NCBI GenBank assembly: GCA_036785375.1
Contig: JAWMAR010000010.1
Coordinates: forward strand, 9,362,001-9,426,000
Length of the DNA: 64,000 nt
Source: Leucoraja ocellata
Taxonomy: Eukaryota
Direction of reading: 5' to 3'
Both the position numbers and the translations under genes were made by a program. The notes beneath the pieces are model-generated. The model ran no database searches and was not told the origin of the DNA. It was given only the letters and a program-made list of their open reading frames with translations. Positions 48,236-60,985 of this stretch are shown here, piece by piece. The first letter of the stretch is position 1, and each line of letters opens with the position of its first letter.

Positions 48236-51200
48236 CCAATGCAAATGTGTGAAATCATGTGAGTATGTTTGAGTGTGCGTGAATGTGGGAGTGTGGAAGA
48301 ACGCGTGAGTGTGTGTGAAGTTGTGCGATTATGGGTGCGAAGCAATATGTGGGTCTGCGAGGTTGTAACTGAGTGAATGTGTGTGAACGTGCCCACATTT
48401 CCGAGTTTTATACTTCAACTTTCAACTTCAAGCCAATGCACCCACGCCCCCATTTGCAGTAAGTAATGCATTTTAACTTCAAGCCATTGCACCCAAGCCA
48501 CCATCTGCAGTAAGATGTGCCTTTCAACTTCAAGCCACACCCAAGCCATCATTTGCAGTAAGTGGTGTCTTTCAACTTCAAGCGAAAGCAACCAAGCCAC
48601 CATTTGCAGTAAGTAGTGCCTTTCAACTTCATGCCACCATTTGCAGTAAGTGGTGTCTTTCAACTTCAAGCCACACCCAAGCTACCATTTGCAGTAAGTA
48701 GTGCCTTTCAACTTCAAGCCACACCCAAGCTACCATTTGCAGTAAGTAGTGCCTTTCAACTTCAAGCCAAAGCTCCCAAGCCACCATTTGCAGTAAGTAG
48801 TGCTTTCAACTGCAAGCCAAAGCACCCAAGCCACCATTTGCAGTAAGTAGTGCCTTTCAACTTCATGCCACCATTTGCAGTAATACCTTTCAACTTCAAG
48901 CCAATGCACCCATGCCCCCCATTTGCAGTTAGTGCCTTTCAACTTCAAGCCACACCCACGACATCATTTGCAGGGAGTAGTGCCTTTCAACCAAGTCAAA
49001 GCTCCCAAGCCACCATTTGCAGTAAGTGGTGCCTTTCAATTTCAAGACACACCCAAACCAAGCCAACCAGGAGGCGAGGGGAGGGGGGGGGGGGACTTCA
49101 AGCCACACCCAAGCCACACCCAAGCCACCATTTGCAGTAAGTAGTGCCTTTCAACTGCATGCCACCATTTGCAGTAAGTGGTGTCTTTCAACTTCAAGCC
49201 ACACCCAAGCCACCATTAGCAGTAAGAGGTGCCTTTCAACTTCAAGTCAAAGCTCCCAAGCCACCATTTGCAGTAAGATGTGCCTTTCAACTTCATGCCA
49301 CCATTTGCAGTGCCTTTCAACTTAATGCCAAATCACCCAAGCCACCATTTGCAGTAAGTAGTGCCTTTCAACTTCAAACCACAATTTGCAGTAAGTAGTG
49401 CCTTTCAACTTCAAGCAAATGCACCCACGCCCCCATTTGCAGTAAGTAATGCATTTTAACTTCAAGCCATTGCACCCAAGCCACCATTTGCAGTAAGTAG
49501 TGCCTTTCAACTGCATGCCACCATTTGCAGTAAGTAGTGTCTTTCAACTTCAAGCCAAAGCAACCAAGCCACCATTGGCAGTAAGTAGTGCCTTTCAACT
49601 TCAAACCAAAGCTCCCAAGCCACCATTGGCAGTAAGTAGTGCCTATCAACTTCATGCCACCATTTGCAGTAAGTAATGCCTTTCAACTTCAAGCCACACC
49701 CACGCCCCTCATTTGCAGGAAGTACTGCCTTTCAACTTCAAGCCAAAGCAACCAAGCCACCATTGGCAGAAAGTGGTGCCTTTCAACTTCAAGCCACACC
49801 CAAGCCATCATTTGCAGGAAGGAGTGCCTTTCAACTTCAAGCCACAATTTTCAGTGAGTAGTGCCTTTCAACTTCGTCAAAGCTCCCAAGCCACCATTTG
49901 CAGTAATAGTGCCTTTCAACTTCAAGCCAAAGCTCCCAAGCCACCATTTGCAGTAAGTAGTGCCTTTCAACTTCATGCCACCATTTGCAGTAAGTAGTGC
50001 CTTTCAATTTCAAGACATACCCAAACCAAGCCAACCAGGAGGCGAGGGGAGGGGAGGGGGGGGGGGCTTTCTGGTGCGCTAGTATGGACATTTTAGAACC
50101 AATATACTTTTTTTTGCAAGCTTTAGAACGAATAGAGACAATTCTTGCAAGCTTTAGAACCAATAGACATTTATTTGCAAGCTTTAGAACCAATGGACAT
50201 TTTTGTGCAAGCTTTAGAACCAATGGACATTTTCCCGCAAGCTTTAGAACCAATGGACAATTTTTTGCAAGCTTTAGAACCAATGGAATTTTTTTTGTAA
50301 GCTTTAGAACCAATGGACATTTTTTTGCAAGCTTTAGAACCAATGGACATTTTTTTTGCAAGCTTTAGAACCAATAGACATTTTTTTGCAAGCTTTAGAA
50401 CGAATAGACATTTTTGTTGCAATCTTGAGAACCAATAGAGCCACTTTTTGCAAGCTTTAGAACCAATAGACATTTTTTGCAAGCTTTAGACCCAATGAAC
50501 GTTTTTTTGCAAGCTTTAGAACCACTGGACATTTTTTTGCAAGCTTTAGAACCAATGGACATTTTTTTGCAAGCTTTAGAACCAATGGACATTTTTTTCC
50601 AAGCTTTAGAACCAATAGAGGCACATTTTGCAAGCTTTAGAACCAATAGACATTTTTTTTGCAAGCTTGAGAACCAATAGAGACACTTTTTGCAAGCTTT
50701 AGAACCAATATACGTTTTTTGCAAGCTTTAGACACAATGAACATTTTTTTGCAAGCTTTAGAACCAATGGACATTTTTTGCAAGCTTTAGAACCAATGGA
50801 CATATTTTTGCAAGCTTTAGAACCAATGGACATTTTTTTGCAAGCTTTAGAACCAATAGACATTTTTGTTGCAAGCTTGAGAACCAATAGAGCCACTTTT
50901 TGCAAGCTTTAGAACCAATAGACATTGTTTTTGCAAGCTTTAGAACCAATGGACATTTTTCTGCAAGCTTTAGAACCAATGGACATTTTTTTGCAAGCTT
51001 TAGAACCAATGGACTGTTTCTGCAAGCTTTAGAACCACTGGACATTTTTTTGCAAGCTTTAGAACCAATGGACATTTTTTTGCAAGCTTTAGAACCAATG
51101 GACATTTTTTTCCAAGCTTTAGAACCAATAGAGACACATTTTGCAAGCTTCAGAACCAATAGACATTTTTTTTTGCAAACTTGAGAACCAATAGAGACAC

Positions 51201-54200
51201 TTTTTGCAAGCTTTAGAACCAATAGACGTTTTTTGCAAGCTTTAGACCCAATGAACATTTTTTTGCAAGCTTTAGAACCAATGGACATTTTTTGCAAGCT
51301 TTAGAACCAATGGACATTTTTTTGCAAGCTTTAGAACCAATGAACATTTTTTTTGCTAGCTTTAGAACCAATAGAGACACATTTTGTAAACTTTAGAACC
51401 AATCGCCACTTTTTTGCAAGCTTTAGAACCAATAGACATTTTTTGCAAGCTTTAGAACCAATAGACATTTTTTGCAAGCTTTATAACAAATAGACATTTT
51501 TTTGCAAGCTTTAGAACCAATAGACATTTTTTGCAAGCTTTAGAACCAATAGACATTTTGTTTTCAAGCTTTAGAACCAATAGACATTTTTTTGCAAGCT
51601 TTAGAATCAATAGACATTTATTGCAAGCTTTAGAACCAATAGAGACACTTTTTGTAAGCTTTAGAACCAATAGACACTTTTTTGCAAGCTTTAGAACCAA
51701 TAGACACAGTCTGCACTATTGGTTCTAAAGCTTGCAAAAAAATTTAGAACCACTAAGGGCACTTACATTTGAGTAGACATGTGTTCAGTGTTATTTACAG
51801 CTCAGAGAAAGGTGACCCTCTGCCTTCCTCCAGCTTGCAGACACTCATTGAGGCACACCACTTCCTGGTTTTATAGTCCCCCCCCCCCCTGCCGCCAGCG
51901 GGGGCAGCAGAGAGAATGGGGAATTTTGTAAAAACGTTAATATCTCTGTCATTTTTAATCGACGGGAAAAATCCTCGGCACACATGTGGCGGAGGGGGGC
52001 TCTGAGCGAGGAGGCTGCAAGGTGACTTGGATAGGCTGGGTGAGTGGGTAAATGTATGGCAGATGCAGTATAATGTGGATAAATGTGAGGTTATCCACTT
52101 TGGTGGCAAAATCAGGAAAGCAGACTTTTATCTAAATGGTGGCCGATTAGAAAATGGGGAGATGCAACGAGACCTGGGTGTCATGGTACACCAGTCATTG
52201 AAAGTAGGCATGCAGGTGCAGCAGGCAGTGAAGAAAGCGAATGGTATGTTAGCATTCACAGCAAAAGGATTTGAGTATAGGAGCAGGGAGGTTCTACTGC
52301 AGTTGTACAGGGTCTTGGTGTGACCACACCTGCAGTATTGCGTACAGTTTTGGTCTCCAAATCTGAGGAAGAACATTATTGCATAGAGGGAGTGCAGAGA
52401 AGGTTCACCAGACTGATTCTTGGGATGTCAAGACTTTCATATGAAGAAAGACTGGATAGACTGGGCTTGTACTCGCTAGAATTTAGGAGATTGAGGGGGG
52501 ATCTTATAGAAGCTTACAAAATTCTTAAGGGGTTGGACAGGCCAGATGCAGGAAGATTGTTTCCGATGTTGGGGAAGTCCAGGACAAGGCATCACAGCTT
52601 AAGGATAAGGGGGAAATCCTTTAAGACCGAGATGAGAAAAACATTTTTTCACACATAGAGTGGTGAAGCTCTGGAACTCTCTGCCACAGAGGGTAGTTGA
52701 GGCCAGTTCATTGGCTATATTTAAGAGGGAGTTAGATGTGGCCCTTGTGGCTAAAGGGATCAGGGGGTATGGAGAGAAGGCAGGTACGGGATACTGAGTT
52801 GGATAATCAGCCATGATCATATTGAATGGTGATGCAGGCTCGAAGGGCTGAATAGCCTACTCCTGCACCTATTTTCTATGTATCTATGTAACACTTACTC
52901 CAGTTGATGCAGCCCACAAAACCTTCTGGCAATCATGCAGTCTCTGCAGGTCAACAGAGTCAGTGAACATTTGGAGTACATCATGAGCAGAAGCCGAGAG
53001 AATCACCTCCACCCCCGGACCTGGTAGAGCCAGGCTTGTCAACCGCTTCCGAAAAAGCCATGGGACTGGTTCCACACAGACTGAGTACAACTGACCAGAC
53101 ATTGGGCACCCCTGGCGTACCCCTCCCCCAAAATAAATAGGAGCCAACAATGCACCGCTAATATTCACGAGACTCTCCGCTGCGGCGTACAAAAGCCGGA
53201 CCCGGGCCATAAAATGCGGTCCAAATCTGAACGCTCGCATCTTCCGCAAGAGGTAGTCTTGGTCTACCCTGTGAAAAGCCGTCTCCTGATCAAGGGACAG
53301 AAAAGCAGCTGACTGACCAGTTCCCTGAGATAGATTAATCAGGTCCCTAACCAGGTGGATGTTATCCTGAATGGACCGGCCAGGGACTGTATAGGACTGG
53401 TCAGTGTGGATCTGTTGGGACAGCACGGAGCCCAGACTATTTGCCATTCCCCGTGTAAAAACGTTATACAAAGTACAGAGGGGAGAGACCAGGTGCCAGT
53501 TGTCCAACAGGCAGAGATTGCCCTCTTTGGCAGCAGGACGATGACTCCCCGGTCGCCAGGCTCTTCCCCAGAACCTTCATGTAATCATCCCCCAGGACGC
53601 CTCAGAAGGCTGTAACAGAACTCTACCGTCAGCCCATTCAGCCCTGGGAACTTGCCCCTCCTGAGCTGGTACAGGGCACGAGTCAACTTCTCCAATGATA
53701 AGGGATCATCAAGGAGTTCAAACGCATATCTATCTACAGTCGGTAGACCCTCCCACAGGACCCGCTGAGCCTCCCCGCTGAATCCATCTGCGGAGAACAG
53801 GGACCCACAAAAGGACCGGACTGAAGCACTGATCTTCTATGGATCTGTAACAGAGGAGCCATCATCCATGAGCAGCTTGACGAGCTGTTTGCGAGGTCCT
53901 CGCACTTTCTCCAGAGAGAAAAGGAAAGGTGAAGCTCGGTCCAGATCGTGCAGCATCTGGACCCGCGACCTCGTGTAAGCACCTTGGGTCCACTCAAGCT
54001 GCAACTCCCTCAAGCCCCCTTCCTCTCCTGATACTCTCCCCACTCACAAGAATCCTCACCAATCTGCCCCAAGCGACACTCTGCATCGAGTAACTCCCTC
54101 TTGAGTCGCTCGACCGCCGTGTCCCGCCTTCTTGTCGAGCCCCAGGTGTATTCATAGAAACATAGAAACTAGGTGCAGGAGGAGGCCATTCAGCCCTTCG

Positions 54201-55239
54201 AGCCAGCACCGCCATTCAATGTGGTCATGGCTGATCGTCCCCTATCAATAACCCATGCCTGCCTTCTCGCCATATCCCTTGACTCCACTAGCCCCTAGAG
54301 CTCTATCTAACTCTCCCTTAAATCCATCCTGACAAAGAGAGACGGATGTAATCCTTTCCCACATCCCACCACTGCCTACGGGAAGGGAGGCTCCTCTGCC
54401 TCTCTCTTCACTTCACCAAAAACTGACTAAATGACACCCGGAATCGAAGATCGCCCTCCTTCTTCTTCTTACGCATGGCGTGCACAGCCTAAAGTTGTTG
54501 GTCAACTTGTTCTATTTGATATATTTGTTTGTGAATGACCGGTTGATTGCATTAGTCGAAACAGGGTGGACAACGTGAAGGTTGTGATCTCCCACCCCGC
54601 CGATTCTCCAGCAGATGGTCATTAAAGTGCTAGTATGCCAGTAATGTGTGCGTTGGGATAAAGTCCACTCGCACCAGACAGTAGTCCGAGCACGACACTG
54701 ACCGAATGGAGGCAGCTGAGGCACGAGAGACATTGGCCAGGCTGTCCCTCAGATGAACTGAGACCCAGGCCAATTTCAATTTTAATGGCCCACAAACCAA
54801 GATCAACTATAGGCCCCTCAATTTCAGAGGCCCCCAAATCAAGATCCATTTGAGGCAGACAAGGCCATGCCAAATGGCATTTATTGCCCCCCCGGCAGGG
54901 TCTGCCTTTGGCAACCTCTCTTCCTGCTGCGGTTACTGTTGGCAACGTCCCATTGTGATGTCATTGTGGTAATGGGCTGCTTGAGAGCCAATTATGATTG
55001 GTGCACTTTGAGTGGCATTGTGACATCATCATCTGAAGCTGCTGGAAAAAGGCTCTCTGTGAGAAGCGGTTTGTGTCTTTTTTTTTAACTTTAATCGCCA
55101 ATAACTTTTGAAATCGAGCATGCAATTTGAAGTGAACCTGATGAGGTTGTGGGGAGGAAAATGTAAGAAAGAATATGTAAAAATGTAAGAGTTTTAGGGT
55201 AGTGTTTTGAGGAAGATACAATGAATAAGTAAGTAATAG

Positions 55240-56130
55240 TAATGTAATATGTATTTATATAGCACTTTTAAACAAAATCACTTTGAACCAAAGTGCTTCA
55301 CAGAGATTGATTAAACTAATTGAATAGATTAAATGTCAATAAATCCACATAAAATAAAAAAGAAAAAGAAAAAAAAGAAAAAAGACACAGAACAGTACAC
55401 TATAGAAATCAACAAGAAACGTCCCCCCACAGCAGAATTCACTGTGAGGGAAGGCACTAAAAATATCCAGTTTTCCTCCTCATAGTCCACCTGAGGTCGG
55501 GGTCTATATGTGGCCTCCTCAACCAACCCGGTGTTTTCAGGCCCTCTTGCCACGAGGCTGGATCATTGGCGTCGGGTGAACATTCTTCAGTGGCTTGGAC
55601 TGAAGCGGCCGCTTCCTCCCCGGAGACTGCATTGTCCAAAGTTCTCAGGCTGCGCCGGCCGGACCTCCGACTCTGGCGATCTCGGATCCCAGGCTCCGCG
55701 GTGTTTTAAATCCAGTGGCGCCCGCCCGCGGCTGGACGCTCTGCAGCCGCAGCTCAACGATGTTGCAGACGGCGGTCACAGTGCCCCGGAGCTTACCGCA
55801 AGGCCACCCGGTAAGGCATCGCCCGCTCCGTGTTGGTGTCTCAACATTTGCACCGCTGGCGAAGCTGTAGTCCCGGCAGGAAACGCCGCTCCAGCGCTGC
55901 TCCAGCTCGATGGTAGGCCGCACAGAGAGGACGAAGATGCGGTTCGGAGGAAAACCGCATCTCCGACCAGGTATGACTGGGATTAAAATAGTTCCCCCCT
56001 TCCCCTCCGCCCGCCCACCACATAAATGAAGACCTCCAACAAACATTTTGTAGTGACAGGACTAAAAATAAAAATAAAAAAGGGTGAAAGGACGGACTGC
56101 ATGCGGAGCAGCCATACACAACGGCGCATC
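55240..56130 (-). mobile_element. Non-autonomous SINE-like element with an L2-type 3' end (copy B only)
   Basis: GC-rich body as at 5788 and 11480; the minus-strand end is aagcactttggttc...aaagtgctatataaat. Confidence 0.55.
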
Positions 56131-56419
56131 ACCCCTGCAGTCCGCCATCTTTAGACACAGACACAAGATCAGACTTTTATATGTTTACAGATGGAATGTG
56201 TGGGACACAGCAGCGGAGGGCTTGACCCATCAGCAGTGGACAGCGGAATCCCAATGGAATCCCAATGGACACGTTTCTTCAACTGCACACTCAAGCGTTG
56301 TTTAAATGTGTTCGGTACTCATGCCTCTATGACAATTTCTCTCTGTGAGTTACATATATGTCCTATCTGTCGCCCCCCATCCCGCACACATCCCCCCCCA
56401 CCCACTCGGCATCCTCAAC

Positions 56420-58480
56420 CCCAAATGGATCCGAGGGGATCAGTGCTTTGGTCCGGTCCTTTTATGGGTCCCTGTTCTCTGCAGATGGATTCAGCGGGGA
56501 GGCTCAGCGTACTCTGTGGGAGGGTTTACCGACTGTAACTCGTGCCCTGTACCAGCTCAGGAGGGGCAAGTCTCCTGGGCTGGATGGGTTGACGGTAGAA
56601 TTTGTTGGAGCTTTCTGGGATATTCTGGGGGGTGAGTACTTGGTGGTTCTGGGGGGAGAGCCTGGCGACCGGGGAGATGCCTCTCTCGTGGCGTAGGGCA
56701 GTTGGCGTCTTGCTGCCCAAGAAGGGGAACTCCACATGTTGAAAACTGGTGCCCGGTCTCTCTCCTATGTACAGAGAATAAAGTATTTGCATGGGTGATG
56801 GCAAATTGCCTGGGCTCTGTGATGTCTCAACTGATTCAACCTGACCAGTCCTATACAGTCCCTGGCCAATCCATCCACCTGGTTAGGGATCTGATTCATC
56901 TAGCCCAAGGTATTGTTTAGTCAACTGCTTTTCTGTCTCTTGATCAGGAGAAGGTCTTTGATAGGGTAGAATGAATACCTCTTCGGGACGTTGCAAGCCT
57001 TCGGATTTGAACCGAATTTTGTAGCCCGGGTCCGGCTTTTGTATACTGCAGTGGAGTGCTTTGGGAAGGTTAATGGTGTGTTGTTGGCACCATTTCATTT
57101 TGTGAGGGGCGGTCCGTCAGGGGTGTCCCATGTCGGGTCAGTTGTACTCAGTCTGTGTGGAGCCGTCCCTGTCTCTTCGGAGGAGGAGGTTGACAGGCCT
57201 GGCCCTATCTGGCCCGGGGGAGGAGGTGGTTCTTTTGGCGTATGTCGATGATGTATTCCTTACGCTCACTGATCCTGGTGACCTGCGGAGGATGCGTGAC
57301 TGCCAGAAGACTTTCTCAGCTGCATCTTCTGCCAGGATTAACTGGAGTAAGTGTTCTGGACTTTTAGTGGGTCAGTGGTAAGTAGACTCCCTGTCAGGAA
57401 GGATGACAATGTATGCGTGGAGCACCAGGCACCTCCTCTATCTGGGGGTTTACCTGAGTCCCACTAAGGATGGTTGGCCGGTGAACTGGCAGGAGTTGGA
57501 GAAGAAAGTGGTAGCCCAGCTGGGGCGCTGGTCAGGCCTGCTTGGAGTTCTTTCCTTTCAGGGGAGGGTGCTGGTCATGATCCAGCTGGTGGCCTCCATG
57601 TTATGGTACCGGCTGGCTACTCTTGGCCCGCCTTCCATTTTTGTAACTGCTTTGCAGAAGAAGCTGGTGGATTTCTTTTGGGGAAATAGGAAACATTGGG
57701 TCTCCGCAGCGACGGGAGACTCTCCTGAGTCTCCCGTTAGAGGAGGGCGGCCAGTCCTTAGTATGCGTGCGTACTCAGGTGGCGGCTCTCCATCTCAGGA
57801 CTCTGCGGAGGTATATGTATGCGGAGAACAGCCCCCCCCCCCCCCCCCCCCAGATGGCCCGCTCTGGCCATGTGTTTTTTCCGTCGGGGTCGTTGCCTAA
57901 GGGGGGTTTCGTGCCTCCCGGTGGCGGGCATCAGTCGACCCGCCTTACGGGGTTTGCCTAGTTTCTATGATGATGTGCTAACAGTCAGGAATTTGGTTGT
58001 TTTCAGCCAACGTGTTGCTCCACAGGGGGAGGGGGATGTTGTGGCTGCAGGACTGGCCGATCCTCACCCTGTCATAGCGGGTGTCGAGGAGAGGGTGCGC
58101 CTACAGTGGTTCTGAATGAGCTCACCCCGCTCCGTCCTATTTGCTCATCAGACCTAGGCTCCAGGATATTTCTCGGGCACCAGCTCCACACAACCTGAAC
58201 CGCCTTTCCGAGATGCCCAGCGTGCCATTTTGTGATGCGAACAGACGCATACTTTACACAATGCTCTTGCACATTCTGCACCTCCTTGTCTTCATCTCCG
58301 TCCTGACACACCATGGCGGTCGGTGTTACCACCCGAAGGCGGAGGAGGTCCCCAGTGGGGGTCCCTGTACAAGGGAGTTATCCCCCTTTACATTGGGGAC
58401 CTGGGTTGGGAGAGTGTTGCACAGAGCGGTGGCATGTAATAAATGTTTGAGTTGGTTCACGGGCTCGTCAGCCGCCTGTA
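56420..58480 (+). mobile_element. Decayed Tx1-clade LINE (copy B only)
   Basis: KSPGLDGLTVEF, DQSYTVPGQS, LLAYVDDV, QLVASMLWYRL. Confidence 0.88.
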
Positions 58481-58689
58481 TTTCCGATCTTTCCGTTCAC
58501 CACTGTGTATTTTTTAAAACGACCATCTCTGCTAGCAGTTTCAGAAAAGAACCAGAGGTGATCGAAAGGCGCTGTATCAATGAAAACACCGGCGCATCGT
58601 TTACTCAGGCTTGTACACCACTACCAACTCTGCCCTCGGCCTCTGTCGATGACCTTGTGGATGGTTTTAGCTCCAATGTTATGACTCTT

Positions 58690-60985
58690 ATAGAAACATA
58701 GACACATAGAAACATAGAAATTAGGTGCAGGAGTAGGCCATTCGGCCCTTCGAGCCTGCACCGCCATTCAATATGATCATGGCTGATCATCCAACTCAGT
58801 ATCCCATACCTGCCTTCTCTCCATACCCCCTGATCCCCTTAGCCACAAGGGCCACATCTAACTCCCTCTTAAATATAGCCAATGAACTGGCCTCAACTAC
58901 CCTCTGTGGCGGAGAGTTCCAGAGATTCACCACTCTCTGTGTGAAAAAAGTTCTTCTCATTTCGGTTTTAAAGGATTTCCCCCTTATCCTTAAGCTGTGA
59001 CCCGTCTCTGCACTCCCTCTATGCCAATAATGTCCTTCCTCAGATTTGGAGACCAAAACTGTACGCAATACTCCAGGTGTCGTCTCACCAAGACCCTGTA
59101 CAACTGCAGTAGAACCTCCCTGCTCCTATACTCAAATCCTTTTGCAATGAAAGCTAACATACCATTCGCTTTCTTTACTGCCTGCTGCACCTGCATGCCT
59201 ACCTTCAATGACTGGTGTACCATGACACCCAGGTCTCGCTGCACCTCCCCCTTTCCCAATCGGCCACCATTTAGATAATAGTCTGCTTTCCCGTTTTTGC
59301 CACCAAAATGGATAACCTCACATTTATCCACATTTTACTGCATCTGCCAAACATTTTCTCACTCACCCAGCCTATCCAAGTCACCTTGCAGTCTCCTAGC
59401 ATCCTCCTCACAGCTAACACTGCCCCCCAGCTTAGTGTCATCCGCAAACTTGGAGATATTGCCTTCAATTCCCTCATCCAGATCATTAATATATATTGTA
59501 AATAGCTGGGGTCCCAGGACTGAGCCTTGCGGTATCCCATTAGTCACTGCCTGCCATTGTGAAAAGGACCCGTTTACTCCTACTCTTTGCTTCCTGTTTG
59601 CAGCCAGTTCTCTATCCACATCAATACTGAACCCCCAATGCCGTGTGCTTTAAGTTTGTATACTAATCTCTTATGTGGGACCTTGTCGAAAGCCTTCTGG
59701 AAGTCCAGATACACCACATCCACTGGTTCTGCCCTATCCACGCTACTAGTTACATCCTCGAAAAATTCTATAAGATTCGTCAGACATGATTTACCTTTCG
59801 TAAATCCATGTTGACTTTGTCCAATGATTTCACCACTTTCCAAATGTGCTGCTATCCCATCTTTAATAACTGACTCTAGCAGTTTCCCCACTACCGATGT
59901 TAGACTAACTGGTCTGTAATTCCCCATTTTCTCTCTCCCTCCCTTCTTTAAAAGTGAGGTTACATTTGCTACCCGCCAATCTTCAGGAACTAGTCCAGCA
60001 ACTAAAGAGTTTTGAAAGATTATTACTAATGCATCCACTATTTCTGGAGCTACTTCCTTAAGTACTCTGGGATGCAGCCTATCTGGCCCTGGGGATTTAT
60101 CGGCCTTTATTCCATTCAATTTACCCAACACCACTTCACGGCTAACTGGATTTCACTCAATTCCTCCAACTCCTTTGACCCGCGGTCCCCTGCTATTTCT
60201 GGCAAATTATTTATGTCTTCCTTAGTGAAGACGTAACCAAAGTAGTTATTCAATTGGTCCGCCATATCCTTGTTCCCCATGATCAACTCACCTGTTTCTG
60301 ACTGCAAGGGACCTACATTTGTTTTAACTAATCTCTTTCTTTTCACATATCTATAAAAACTTTTGCAGTCAGTTTTTATGTTCCCTGCCAGTTTTCTTTC
60401 ATAATCTATTTTCCCTTTCCTAATTACTATCCCTGGTTTCCCTTGTTATCCACGGATGTACTACCTTCCCTGATTTATTCTTTTGCCAAACTGGGATGAA
60501 CAATTTTTGTAGTTCATCCATGCAGTCTTTAAATGTCTTCCATTGCATATCCACCGTCAACCCTTTTAGAATTAATTGCCAGTCGATCTTGGCCAATTCA
60601 CATCTCATACCCTCAAAGTTACCTTTCTTTAAGTTCAGAACCATTGTTTCTGAATTAACAATGTCACTCTCCATCCTGATGAAGAACTCAACCATATTAT
60701 GGTCACTCTTGCCTAAGGGGGCACGTACAACAAGATTCCTAACTAACCCTTCCTCATTACTCAATACCCAGTCTAAAATAGCCTGCTCTCTCGTTGGTTC
60801 CTCTACGTGTTGATTTAGATAACTATCCCGCATACATTCCAAGAAATCCTCTTCTTCAGCACCCCTGCCAATTTGATTCACCCAATCTATATGTAGATTG
60901 AAGTCACCCATTATAACTGTTTTGCCTTTGTCGCACGCATTTCTAATTTCCTGTTTGATACCATCTCCAACTTCACTACTACTGT
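58690..60985 (-). mobile_element. CR1 LINE, endonuclease through RT and 3' tail (fuller version of 20942-22020)
   Basis: [48 protein letters not shown]; (ATAGAAAC)n tail. Confidence 0.93.
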
